NCBI GenBank assembly: GCA_028864975.1
Contig: JAGWLG010000015.1
Coordinates: 8,253-72,252, forward strand
Length of the DNA stretch: 64,000 nt
From: Thermoplasmata archaeon
Lineage (GTDB): Archaea > Thermoplasmatota > Thermoplasmata > Lutacidiplasmatales > UBA184
Reading direction: 5' to 3'
The notes beneath the pieces are model-generated. The model made no database searches and had not been told where the DNA came from. It was given only the letters and a program-made list of their open reading frames with translations. Positions within the stretch are counted from its first letter, which is position 1. The number at the start of each line of letters is the position of its first letter. Below are positions 9,627 to 19,000 of the stretch, one piece after another. The translations under genes and the position numbers were made by a program.

Positions 9627-12600
9627 GGACGAGTCTCGTGGCTTCGTTCCTCGGCGTGGTCGTCGTCCTCGCCCTGGCCGCGTTGATGCTCGTGCCGACG
9701 GTGCCCTCCACCAGTGTGAGTGTCAGAGATACGTCAGCGAGGCTCCCGCACGGGTTCGATACCGCGCAAGTGGGTGCGGCAGCCCTTCCATGCATGCTCC
9801 GGCCCGCGATGATGCTTCATTGCACCTCCTCGGGAGCAAGCGTGTCGGGGGTCGCTCGGGGGGTTGTCTCGTCTTCGGCGTGGTCGAGCGCCTCTCCATC
9901 TCCCTTCTGGAAGGAGATCTGTGGAACGGGAGGGTGCGGGTTGGGCGACCGGGAGGACCCGCAGGCCGCCTTCGATCCTATCGACAATGAGGTGGTGCTC
10001 TTCGGGGGTGTCAACGCCTCAGGGTCCGGGACGGTCTACGGCGATACGTGGACGTTCGCTAACGGCGTATGGACCCAGATCTTTCCTGCCGTCTCCCCCC
10101 CTGCGCGCTTCGACGGCGTCATGACCTGGGACGCGGCGGACGGGTACATCGTCCTCTTCAGCGGGTGCGCGAGCCTCGCGGGATGTCCTCCGGCCCTGAC
10201 GGACACTTGGAGCTTCATTGGGGGGGTTTGGACCCAGCTCACACCGACGTCGGTGCCGACAGGACGCTTCTTCGGTTCCATGGCGTGGGACGGAGTCGAC
10301 AACTATGACCTCTTGTACGGGGGATACAGCAGCGCCGGTTTCCTGGGTGACACCTGGAGCTTCGTCGGCGGTCAGTGGACCCAGCTCACTCCCACCACCA
10401 CGCCGGGCCTCCGCTACGCCATGGGCCTGGCCTGGGACCCTTCGGATGGGTACGATGTGCTCTTCGGAGGGGACAGTTCGACAAGCGGGCAGGTCGGAGA
10501 CACCTGGTCCTACGTGGGCGGCGTCTGGACCCAGCTCGCCCCCACCACCTCGCCCCCGGCCCGTGGACTTCAGAACAGTCAGATGGATACCGACGGCGGA
10601 TCCCCCTTGATCTGGGGGGGGTATGACTTCAACACCGGCCAGTGCTTTGCCGACACCTGGACCTTCGCGGGAGGTCAATGGACCCAACAGTCCCCAACGA
10701 CCTCTCCTCCACCCAAGGGTTGGGGGTTGGTGGTGGGAACGCCGGCGGGGAGCCTCACCATCGGCGGATACCAGTGCGGTCTCAGCGATGTCGGGGACAC
10801 CTGGCAGTACATCTCTGGCCCCCACGTCTCCACACCCGTCCCTTCACCCGCGAACCCTGAGTCCGGAGTGAAGGTCACGTTCACCTCATCGGTGCTCTAC
10901 GCGGGTACCTCTCCGGACACCTTGTCCTGGACCTGGGCCCCCGCCAAATGGATCCAGTGCACACCTTCCACCTCCCTCTACCTGAACTGCACCCCGCTGC
11001 GGGAAGGGAACTACTCCATCACCATCCACATCACAGATGCCACCGGGATGACGGGAAGCGCCACCCTATCCCCGTTCTTCGTCTCCAGGGGCCCTCAGGT
11101 CAGCCAGCCTCAACCCACTCGGGTCAAGCTCGATGTGGGACAGACCGTGACGCTCACGTCCACCCTCGTGTACGCGGGGTCGGGAAGCGACACCTTCTCC
11201 TGGAGCTCCTCGGGTAGCGGGATGGGGTGCGCGGTCTCGTCCACCTTGACCGACACCTGCAAGCCCACGGCAGCAGGGACCTACAATGTCACGGCCTACG
11301 TGTCCGACGGGGTGGGGCAAGGCTGGAACACCTCGGTCAACATCGTGGTCTCGGCGCTACCCGCTTCGAACGCACCGATACCCTGGCCTGGCCCCAGCGC
11401 GGACGTCGGACAGACGGTCCGCTTCTCCGCCAACATCACCAACGTCGGCTCCGGGGGCGACAAGTTCAGTTGGACCTTCGCTCCCGCTCAGGGGCTTGAC
11501 TGTTCGGCGAGCTTCTCGGTCAGCACCGTCTGCGCGACGGCCACCGCAGGCTGGTACAATGTTAGTTTCAACATGGTGGACTCGAACGGGGGTCAGGGCT
11601 TCGGGACGCTAGGGTTCCAGGTCTTCGCCCTGCCGAACCTGAGCGCCCCCAGTCCCAGCAAGACGAGCGTCGATGTGGGGCAGACCGTCAGCTTCTCGCC
11701 CACGGTCAATTGGGCGGGTTCGGGCGGGCTCTCCTACCTCTGGAACTCCTCCGGCGACGGGTTTGGATGCGGGGCGAACACGCTGGGAAGCTACTCCTGC
11801 ACCCCTTCGACCGCGGGAACCTACTCCGTGGCCACCCGGGGAACGGATTCGAACGGAGGAGTAGGACGCAGCGTGTCGTTGGCGTACACGGTGTTCGCCC
11901 TTCCCCAGGCCACCGCCCCCATGCCGTCGAACCTGCATCCGCAGGTCGGTGAGAGCATCACCTTCTCCACCTCTCTGCTCTCCCACGGCTCGGGCGGGGT
12001 CGTCTACAGTTGGACCTCTTCCTCGAGCCAGCTCGGCTGCGCATCCTCGACCTCGGGGAACCTGACCTGCACGCCGTCGGCTACGGGGAGCTACACCGTG
12101 ACGGTGACCGTAAAGGACTCGAACCACGGTTGGTCGAGCGTGATCTCGCTTCCGGTTTCCGTGACCAATACGCTCACGCTCTCGGTCTCAGCGTCCCCCA
12201 CCAGCGGTACAGCCCCAGTCCAGGTGACCTTCACGAGCGCACCCTCCGGAGGGACGGCGCCCTACCTCTATACCTGGAAGTTCGGGGACGACTCCGCCGC
12301 GGCCAACGAGCCCAGCCCGACCCACACCTACGCATCTGGGGGAACGTTCCTCGTCAGCGTTTGGGTGAACGACTCGGCGGGCCACTCCGCCACGGACACC
12401 GTCTCCGTCTCGGTCCTCGCGCCTGCGAGCCCATCGGTCTTCTCCGTCATCCCTGGAGGAATGGTTACCTTCGCTCTGCTCCTCCTTCTGGCGGTCGTGA
12501 TCATCGCAGCCATGGTCCTGCTTTATCGACGGGCTCGACACCACGCGGTCGCCGCGGCGGCCGCCACCTCCTCTGCGACCTACGCGCCGTCGCCCACCTC

Positions 12601-12637
12601 GACCGGCCCGGGAGGCTCCACCGAGCCTCCGGCCTAG
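9623..12637 (+). CDS. Membrane-anchored surface protein: kelch-like propeller (paralog of 1658-5818) + Cys-containing Ig-like repeats + PKD + TM helix (1004 aa)
   Basis: ATG 9623 overlaps the upstream TGA (ATGA); signal MRTSLVASFLGVVVVLALAALML; six kelch-like units collinear with gene 1658 (FSGC....CPP.LTDTW, LQN.QMDTD.G.PLIWGGYD, SPP.KGWG); C-terminal TM. Confidence 0.85.
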   Translation: MRTSLVASFLGVVVVLALAALMLVPTVPSTSVSVRDTSARLPHGFDTAQVGAAALPCMLRPAMMLHCTSSGASVSGVARGVVSSSAWSSASPSPFWKEICGTGGCGLGDREDPQAAFDPIDNEVVLFGGVNASGSGTVYGDTWTFANGVWTQIFPAVSPPARFDGVMTWDAADGYIVLFSGCASLAGCPPALTDTWSFIGGVWTQLTPTSVPTGRFFGSMAWDGVDNYDLLYGGYSSAGFLGDTWSFVGGQWTQLTPTTTPGLRYAMGLAWDPSDGYDVLFGGDSSTSGQVGDTWSYVGGVWTQLAPTTSPPARGLQNSQMDTDGGSPLIWGGYDFNTGQCFADTWTFAGGQWTQQSPTTSPPPKGWGLVVGTPAGSLTIGGYQCGLSDVGDTWQYISGPHVSTPVPSPANPESGVKVTFTSSVLYAGTSPDTLSWTWAPAKWIQCTPSTSLYLNCTPLREGNYSITIHITDATGMTGSATLSPFFVSRGPQVSQPQPTRVKLDVGQTVTLTSTLVYAGSGSDTFSWSSSGSGMGCAVSSTLTDTCKPTAAGTYNVTAYVSDGVGQGWNTSVNIVVSALPASNAPIPWPGPSADVGQTVRFSANITNVGSGGDKFSWTFAPAQGLDCSASFSVSTVCATATAGWYNVSFNMVDSNGGQGFGTLGFQVFALPNLSAPSPSKTSVDVGQTVSFSPTVNWAGSGGLSYLWNSSGDGFGCGANTLGSYSCTPSTAGTYSVATRGTDSNGGVGRSVSLAYTVFALPQATAPMPSNLHPQVGESITFSTSLLSHGSGGVVYSWTSSSSQLGCASSTSGNLTCTPSATGSYTVTVTVKDSNHGWSSVISLPVSVTNTLTLSVSASPTSGTAPVQVTFTSAPSGGTAPYLYTWKFGDDSAAANEPSPTHTYASGGTFLVSVWVNDSAGHSATDTVSVSVLAPASPSVFSVIPGGMVTFALLLLLAVVIIAAMVLLYRRARHHAVAAAAATSSATYAPSPTSTGPGGSTEPPA

Positions 12638-12749
12638 GGGGGCCTGGGGGTCGCTCCTCCGAGATGGGAGCGCACCATCCTCTCCGTCTGAACGCGAACC
12701 TCCTCTCAGGACGCATCCCGAGAACGCATCGGCACACGTCCCAGGGTCG

Positions 12750-12770
12750 TCGTCACGGGACCCGTGACGA
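12750..12770. promoter_or_regulatory. Perfect 21-bp palindrome TCGTCACGGG-A-CCCGTGACGA, candidate operator
   Basis: 10-bp arms with a 1-nt spacer, intergenic, about 80 nt upstream of the uspA TATA box. Confidence 0.45.
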
Positions 12771-12850
12771 AGTTCACGAGGAGCCCCCAGCGAGTTCGTG
12801 GGGGAGGTAGCGGCAACGGGACCCCTCGGGCTCCCTTCGCGGCCGTTCCC

Positions 12851-12855
12851 TTAAT
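12851..12855 (+). promoter_or_regulatory. Putative TATA box (TTAAT) for uspA
   Basis: 25-29 nt upstream of ATG 12880 in an otherwise GC-rich context. Confidence 0.45.
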
Positions 12856-12879
12856 GGGGCACGCCGCGTAAGCCCCTCC

Positions 12880-13353
12880 ATGACGGATGGATCCGCCGTC
12901 GCGCTCGCGGTCGATGGATCGGAGGAATCGAAAAGGGCGTTGGACCTTGCATGTCAACTCTGCCGAGGTCTAGGGGCCTCTCTCGTCATCATCACGGTGG
13001 TCCCTCCACCCCCCATTTATCCCATGGAGACCGTCCCCCTCGTGATCGAGCCACCACACCTGCTCGAGGCCTACCAGAAGGCCCTCGGCAACGCGGTCGG
13101 AGATGCCCGCGCTCAGGGGGTGGCTTCGGTCGAGTCCAAGCTCTTGGAAGGGCCGGTCGTGGACTCGATCGTCCAGTTCTTGAAGGAGGCCCAACCTCGC
13201 ATGCTCGTCATGGGGGCGCGGGGACTGTCCGCGGGTGCCCGGCTCTTCCTCGGCAGCGTCTCCGACGGCGTCGTGCACCATGCGCCGTGCCCGGTGCTCA
13301 TTGTACGGGACGGGCGCTCCGCGACCTCGAAGGTCAAGGAGGATAGCGCATGA
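12880..13353 (+). CDS. uspA: Universal stress protein (UspA family)
   Basis: VALAVDGSEESKRAL, MLVMGARG and FLGSVSDGVVHHAPCPVLIV are canonical Usp motifs. Confidence 0.92.
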   Translation: MTDGSAVALAVDGSEESKRALDLACQLCRGLGASLVIITVVPPPPIYPMETVPLVIEPPHLLEAYQKALGNAVGDARAQGVASVESKLLEGPVVDSIVQFLKEAQPRMLVMGARGLSAGARLFLGSVSDGVVHHAPCPVLIVRDGRSATSKVKEDSA

Positions 13354-13997
13354 AGGTGGGGATCCTGGGGAGCGGGGATGTGGCGAGGGCGCTGGGTCGG
13401 GGGTTCGCTTCCCGAGGACATGACGTCATGCTTGGCTCGCGAGAGCCCGAGAGTGAGAAGCTTAGGACCTGGAAGAAGGAGGTCGGAGGGCGAGGATCGA
13501 CCGGGACCTCTGAGCAGGCCGCCACCCACGGCGAGATGATCCTCGTTTGCGTTCACGGGACCGGAGCGGAGGAAGCGGTCTCGACCGCGGGCCCCGATCA
13601 CTTCCAGGGGAAGGTCGTTATCGATACGACCAATCCGTTGGACACCTCGCGAGGGTTCCCCCCAGGCCTGTTCGTGGGGATCACCGACTCCCTGGGAGAG
13701 CGCCTCCAACGAAAGCTCCCTGGCGCGAAGCTGGTGAAGGCCTTCAACACCATTTCCTCGGTCCAGATGGTCGACCCCAAGTTCCCTGGGGGGGCCCCGG
13801 AGCTCATGATCTGCGGGAACGATGCAGGGGCGAAGGCCCGGGTCACGGAGGTCGCGAAGGAGCTCGGGTGGCCAGGTACCCTCGACCTGGGTGGCATCGA
13901 GGCCTCCCGATGGATGGAGGCGTTCGTGCCGCTGTGGGTGACCGTCGGGATGAAGCTCAACACCTGGCACCACGCCGCGAAGTGGGTGCACCCGTAG
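13350..13997 (+). CDS. NADPH-dependent F420-reductase-like oxidoreductase (F420_oxidored family)
   Basis: MKVGILGSGDVA Rossmann start; MLGSR; VIDTTNP; LVKAFNT; DLG.IEASR; ATGA overlap with uspA. Confidence 0.85.
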   Translation: MKVGILGSGDVARALGRGFASRGHDVMLGSREPESEKLRTWKKEVGGRGSTGTSEQAATHGEMILVCVHGTGAEEAVSTAGPDHFQGKVVIDTTNPLDTSRGFPPGLFVGITDSLGERLQRKLPGAKLVKAFNTISSVQMVDPKFPGGAPELMICGNDAGAKARVTEVAKELGWPGTLDLGGIEASRWMEAFVPLWVTVGMKLNTWHHAAKWVHP

Positions 13998-14045
13998 GTC
14001 CGGCCCTCTGCGGAGGGTGCGTGGCCCCGAATGAGCACTCGAGGT

Positions 14046-14237
14046 TCAGCCCGGGGGACGAGGCGGAGCCTCGAACGCTGAGTTGATCGCACCCTGTAGA
14101 GGGTCGAAGGTGATCTCCAGGCTCGAGCCATCCTTGCAGACGAACTCTACCTTCACCTTGTTCTGAGGCTGGACCCCGTAGCGTTTGAAGGCGTACCTCA
14201 GCTCTCCGGCCAATGCAGCAGCGTCTCCCGCGTCCAT
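14046..14237 (-). CDS. Small hypothetical protein (63 aa)
   Basis: MDAGDAAALAGELRYAFKRYGVQPQNKVKVEFVCKDGSSLEITFDPLQGAINSAFEAPPRPPG; normal globular composition and GC3-rich codons; no family recognised. Confidence 0.5.
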   Translation of the reverse strand: MDAGDAAALAGELRYAFKRYGVQPQNKVKVEFVCKDGSSLEITFDPLQGAINSAFEAPPRPPG

Positions 14238-14302
14238 GGACGTACCCGGTGGGGCGACCGCAAGGAGCAAAAAAGTCCTCTGCTCGCGCACAAGAGGGCC
14301 GC

Positions 14303-15271
14303 CTACCTCCCACTCTTACGAGTTCGAGCGAGCAGGATCGCACCCATCGAGTTGCGATGCTTCCAGGAGCGACTTCGGCAGAACCGGACGCGTCCGCGAA
14401 GAGAGGGGAGGAGGGAGGCCTGGAACGCCCGACGGATCCCCTGCTCGTATCCCGGGGCCTTGTGGAGGAGACGTCCCCCCAGCACGACCCTGGGGACCCC
14501 GAGGACGTTGACGACCGAACCCAGCACCTCTCCGAGCGCCTCGGCTGCCGTGTCTCGGGCCCTGCGGCAGGCGATGTCTCCCTCTTCCGCGAGTCGAAGG
14601 AGGTCCCAAGCGGTCAATGCAGATCCTGCGCGCTCCCGCAGGGCACGACCCAGACCTGACCTTGGGGAGCTTCGGGCGAGGCGGACCGCCGTCTCGGCCA
14701 GAGCACGACCTCCTGCGAGCGCCTCTACACATCCACGCTTTCCACACCCACAACGACGTGCAAAGCCGTGGACCCTGACGTGCCCGAGCTCCCCCCCGGT
14801 ACCCCACACGCCGCGTTGAAGGACCCCTCCCATGACCAGCCCGCCACCGATGCCTGTACCCAACACCACATAGAGCAGGTCGGAAGGGGGACCCCGCCCC
14901 AGCTCGTGCTCCGCCCAGGCCGCGCAGTTCGCATCGTTCTCGACCAGGACCCGGCGTCCGAGCGCCTTCGAGAGCATCTGCGGGGCGGACCTCCCGAGCC
15001 AGTCCGGATTGTTCGGGGCGAAGGTCACCCTGCCTTTTCGGCCTTCGAGCACTCCCGGGAAGGCGACCCCTACGGTCCCGACGACTCGACATCGTTCGAA
15101 GGCCGTGGCCCCGTCCGCCGCAGCTCGGACCGCCTGCAGGGTGCCTTCGGCCCCGTTCTGGGGATTATGGGGCTGCACGACAGAGGCGCGGACGCGCCCG
15201 CGGGCGTCGAGCGTCACCGCTGCGACGTGCGAGCCTCCGATGTCCACGCCCAAACGGACCGATAGCGCCAC
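14303..15271 (-). CDS. ROK family sugar kinase (glucokinase-like)
   Basis: GVDIGGS, GVAFPG, VENDANCAAWAE, LGTGIGGG, ELGH...CGCGKRGCVE zinc motif. Confidence 0.9.
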   Translation of the reverse strand: MALSVRLGVDIGGSHVAAVTLDARGRVRASVVQPHNPQNGAEGTLQAVRAAADGATAFERCRVVGTVGVAFPGVLEGRKGRVTFAPNNPDWLGRSAPQMLSKALGRRVLVENDANCAAWAEHELGRGPPSDLLYVVLGTGIGGGLVMGGVLQRGVWGTGGELGHVRVHGFARRCGCGKRGCVEALAGGRALAETAVRLARSSPRSGLGRALRERAGSALTAWDLLRLAEEGDIACRRARDTAAEALGEVLGSVVNVLGVPRVVLGGRLLHKAPGYEQGIRRAFQASLLPSLRGRVRFCRSRSWKHRNSMGAILLARTRKSGR

Positions 15272-15292
15272 GGTTCCCCCAGGAAAGAGCGC

Positions 15293-15298
15293 ATATAA
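15293..15298. promoter_or_regulatory. Candidate shared bidirectional TATA element (ATATAA / TTATAT)
   Basis: Only AT-rich block in the 59-nt gap; 22-27 nt from the ROK start (minus) and 33-38 nt from the macrodomain start (plus). Confidence 0.45.
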
Positions 15299-15330
15299 CC
15301 GGAGAGGGGTCCCATTCGAGAACGGGAACG

Positions 15331-15933
15331 ATGGCGCAGATCGAGTTCGGAGGGACCCGGGTCCGGGTTCTCCAAGGGGACCTTTGCGACCAGGACACGG
15401 ACGCCATCGTCAACGCCGCCAACTCCTCGTTGATGGGCGGAGGGGGGGTAGACGGGGCGATCCATGCTCGTGGTGGACCCCAGATCGCCGAGGCTTGCCG
15501 ACGCATCCTGGAGAGCGAGTGGCCGGGCGGACTTCCGGCGGGGAAGGCCGTCATCACGGCCGGGGGAAGACTTCCCGCCCGGCACGTCATCCATACGGTA
15601 GGTCCGGTCTGGCGAGGAGGCGAGTCCCTCGAGGAGATGATCCTCGCGGACGCCTATCGGAACTGCCTCTCGCTCGCGGTCGCGAGGGACCTCAGAACGA
15701 TCGCCTTCCCCGCCATCAGCGCAGGGGCGTACGGGTATCCGATCGAGAAGGCGGCGCGGGTCGCCTTGGGAACGACCCGGGTGTTCCTGGTCGGCGGGCT
15801 CAACATCCCTCCACCGGGTCGCGTGCGGAGGTCGACGCTCGAGGAGGTCCGTTTTGTCCTCTTCCGGAGCGAGGATAGAGAAGTGTACGAGCGGGCCCTA
15901 CGGGAGATCTTTGCGCTCGCAGGCCCCGACTGA
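15331..15933 (+). CDS. Macrodomain protein, O-acetyl-ADP-ribose deacetylase (YmdB/MacroD-like)
   Basis: QGDL, DAIVNAANSSLMGGGGVDGAIH, VIHTVGP, IAFPAISAGAYGYP. Confidence 0.92.
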   Translation: MAQIEFGGTRVRVLQGDLCDQDTDAIVNAANSSLMGGGGVDGAIHARGGPQIAEACRRILESEWPGGLPAGKAVITAGGRLPARHVIHTVGPVWRGGESLEEMILADAYRNCLSLAVARDLRTIAFPAISAGAYGYPIEKAARVALGTTRVFLVGGLNIPPPGRVRRSTLEEVRFVLFRSEDREVYERALREIFALAGPD

Positions 15934-16010
15934 AGCTCCGGGCGTGCAGAGGTCGGAGCTACCGGAGCCACCGCGGCGTTCATAGACTTCGGACGTTCAC
16001 GGGTGACGAA

Positions 16011-19000
16011 GTGCCGGCAGAACCCGCGACCTCCGACCCCCTGACGCAGGCGATCCCCCTGATCGGGCGGGGAGCGGAGACGCGTCAGCTTCGGCAAGCC
16101 CTCGACTCGGCCTTGGCCGGCCGAGGCTCGGCGTGGACCCTGGAGGGTCCGGGGGGGATCGGAAAGACCCGGCTCCTCCGATGGATGGAATCGTCCGCCC
16201 GTGGTGAGGGGTTCGAGGTGCTCTGGGGCTACTGCCTCAAAGAGACCATCTCACCATTCTTCGCGTTCGAACAGGTCTTTCGGCCCCGGGCGACGGGGGT
16301 CGGAGCGACCGCGACGTCCTCGGGGGCCGTGGAGGGCAAGTCCGTGGTAGGACGCGAGCTCCCAGCCGTGGGGAACCTCCCTTCGGTCCTCATTCTGGAG
16401 GAAGAGAGGCCCCGACGGATCTTCGAAATGGTTCGGAAGTACGGTCCTGAGACCCCGACGCTCCTGCTCTCCCGTGAACGCCCCTCCACGTTGCGGCTGA
16501 AGGACCCCTCCCTGGACCCGGGAACGACCATCCTCTGGCTCTCCCGGTCCGAGGGAGAGGATGTGGTCCCACCTTCCCAGATGGACGCCCTGGGAGAGAG
16601 GCTCCAGCTGCACTTGGTCCGCCATCCCGGGGCGATCGTCGCGGTCAGCGGGCTCGAATACCTGGTCAGTCAGAACGCGTTCTTGCCCGTCCTGCGCCTG
16701 CTCCAGTTCCTCCGCGACACGGCGGAGAGCTCGGGGGGCCATCTGCTGATCTCCCTCCCCTCTGCCGCGTTCGAGGCCCGGGAGCTGTCCCTGCTGGAAG
16801 GGGAGGGCGAGGTGCTCCGTCCGTCGACCGCGCCCCCGGTGCCCCCAGGGGCCCCCGAGTCCCACCCGTCTGAGCGCGGCGGAGTATCCCCGGGGCCGGA
16901 GGCCCCCGCGACCACGCTGCTCCGGTACCTCGACCAGCTGGAGCGCACCTCTTCGACCCGCCCTGCGCTCCTCATCGTCGATGATCTCCAATGGGCGGAC
17001 GCCCAGAGCGCGCTGACCTTCCAGTTCCTCGCACGCAATCTGGGTTCGCTCCGGGTCGTGCTTGTGGCGGGACTCCGAGATGAGGCGACCGAAGGCTCCG
17101 GGAGCGGAGAGACCTCGCTCTCTTCCTCCCTGGAGTCGCTCCGCCACCAGGGGCATCTTCGCTCGCTTTCCCTGGGGGGCCTCGCCGAATCGGAGATGAT
17201 GGAGCTGATCGATCGCCGATTGGGCGGCCCGCTCCGGCTCGACGCGCATGACCAGGAGTTCCGGGACTTCCTCCAGCGTTCCGGAGGGAACCCTTTCTTC
17301 CTCCTCGAGACGGTTGAGCAGCTTCGCGACGAGGGATGGGTCCGACGGCAGGACGGAGCGTTCACGCTCACCTCCCCCGGGTCTGCTGGCGGGGCCGCGG
17401 CCGAGGGGCCGGGTACCGCTCAGCTCCCCGCGACCATCCGAAAGCTGGTCGGCCACCGCATCGCACACTTGCCTGCGGACCTTCGCCGAACGCTCGAGGT
17501 CGCGTCGGTCGTCGGGAGCGAGTTCGAGATGGCCCCGCTCGTCTCGGTGCTGGGTCGCTCCCAAGTGGAGGTCGAGGGTCAGCTCAAGGCCCTCCATGAG
17601 CGTTACCGCCTGCTCGAAACGATCCCAGGGACCCCCCGGTATGCCTTCGGGCACCCTCTCGTGTGGGAGGCGACCCGACTGACCCTCCCGAAGGAAGACC
17701 TCGCGAAGATCGCCCAGCAGCTCGCCGCCTGGTGGGCGACCAGCCGACCGGAGGATGTCGAGCTCATCGCCCGCTTGTACCACGATGCCCGGGACGGGAA
17801 GGAGGGCATCCCATGGTTCCGACGCGCGGCGGAGCAGGCGAAGAGATCCTTGGCGGCGGACGCGCTCCTGACCTACTTCCGCTGGTGGAAGGAGCTCACC
17901 GGCCACACCGAAGGGGAGGTGGAAGCCCTGCTCACCTCGCTCTATGAAGCGAACTGGCACATCGCGACCTCGGGCGCATTCCGAGAGGCCATCGAGCTGG
18001 CGGAACTGGCTGAGACCCTTCCCGTGAACGAGCAGCAGCGCTGGCTCGTGGAGCTCGGCACCGCGGATCTCCTGGGTCAACGCGATGCCGCCCGGGGCGC
18101 GGCCATCCTAGAACGGCTGACGCGCGAGTTCGAGGCGGCGGGGCCCCGAGTCCCGCTGGGTCTTCGCAGCCATCTCCAAGTGGCGAGAGGCTCGCAGTTC
18201 CTGGCCCAGGGACGGTTCGAGGAGGCGGTCGGGCTCCTCCTGCCCACCCTCTCGGCACCACCGACCTCTCCCGAGCTCCTGCGCCTCCAGGTCCGCGTCA
18301 TGCTCCAGGCTCCGGCAGCGCTCCTGGGCGCGAACCGGAGGGAGGAGGCCCGCGAGATCTTCGCGCAATTCCGTGCCGAGCGGCTCGACCGCCGGCTGGA
18401 GGGCGAGGGGCTTGGCGCTCGCGGGGCGCTCGGAGGTATCCTCTCCAGCGAGGCCCAGCTCCTCCTGCTCGAAGGGGACGTCCCGGGGGCGATCGCGCGC
18501 TTCCAGGAAGCCATCGACCACATGCGGCAGACCGGCATCCTTCGATGGCTCACGGTCGCGCTCTCCTTCCAGGCGGAGGCTCTGCTGGAGCGAGGGGACC
18601 TCGCGGCCGCGAGGGCCTCGCTCGACGAGGCCCGCGCGCTTTCGGACAAGTTCGAATTCGCACAGGGAGCGGCCAGCGAGCGCTGGGGACGCGGGCTTCT
18701 CCATCTCCAGTCGAAGGCGTGGGACCTCGCGAGGTCGGCCTTCGAGGATGCGCTCCAACGCTATGCGCTCCTGGGAGATCCCGACGCCCCGGAGGTGCGC
18801 CTCGGCCTGGCCCGGGTCCGCTCCGAGACCGGTGACCCGACGGGCGCCCTCGAGGACCTTCGAAGGCTCGAGCCTTCGGTGGCGAGGATGGAGAGCCGTT
18901 GGCGTCCACAATTCTACCGCTTCCGGTCGCGGGTTCGCGGTCGACTTGGCGACGCACGCGGCGCCCGGGAGGACCTCGAGAAAGGTCTCGAGCTCGCGCG

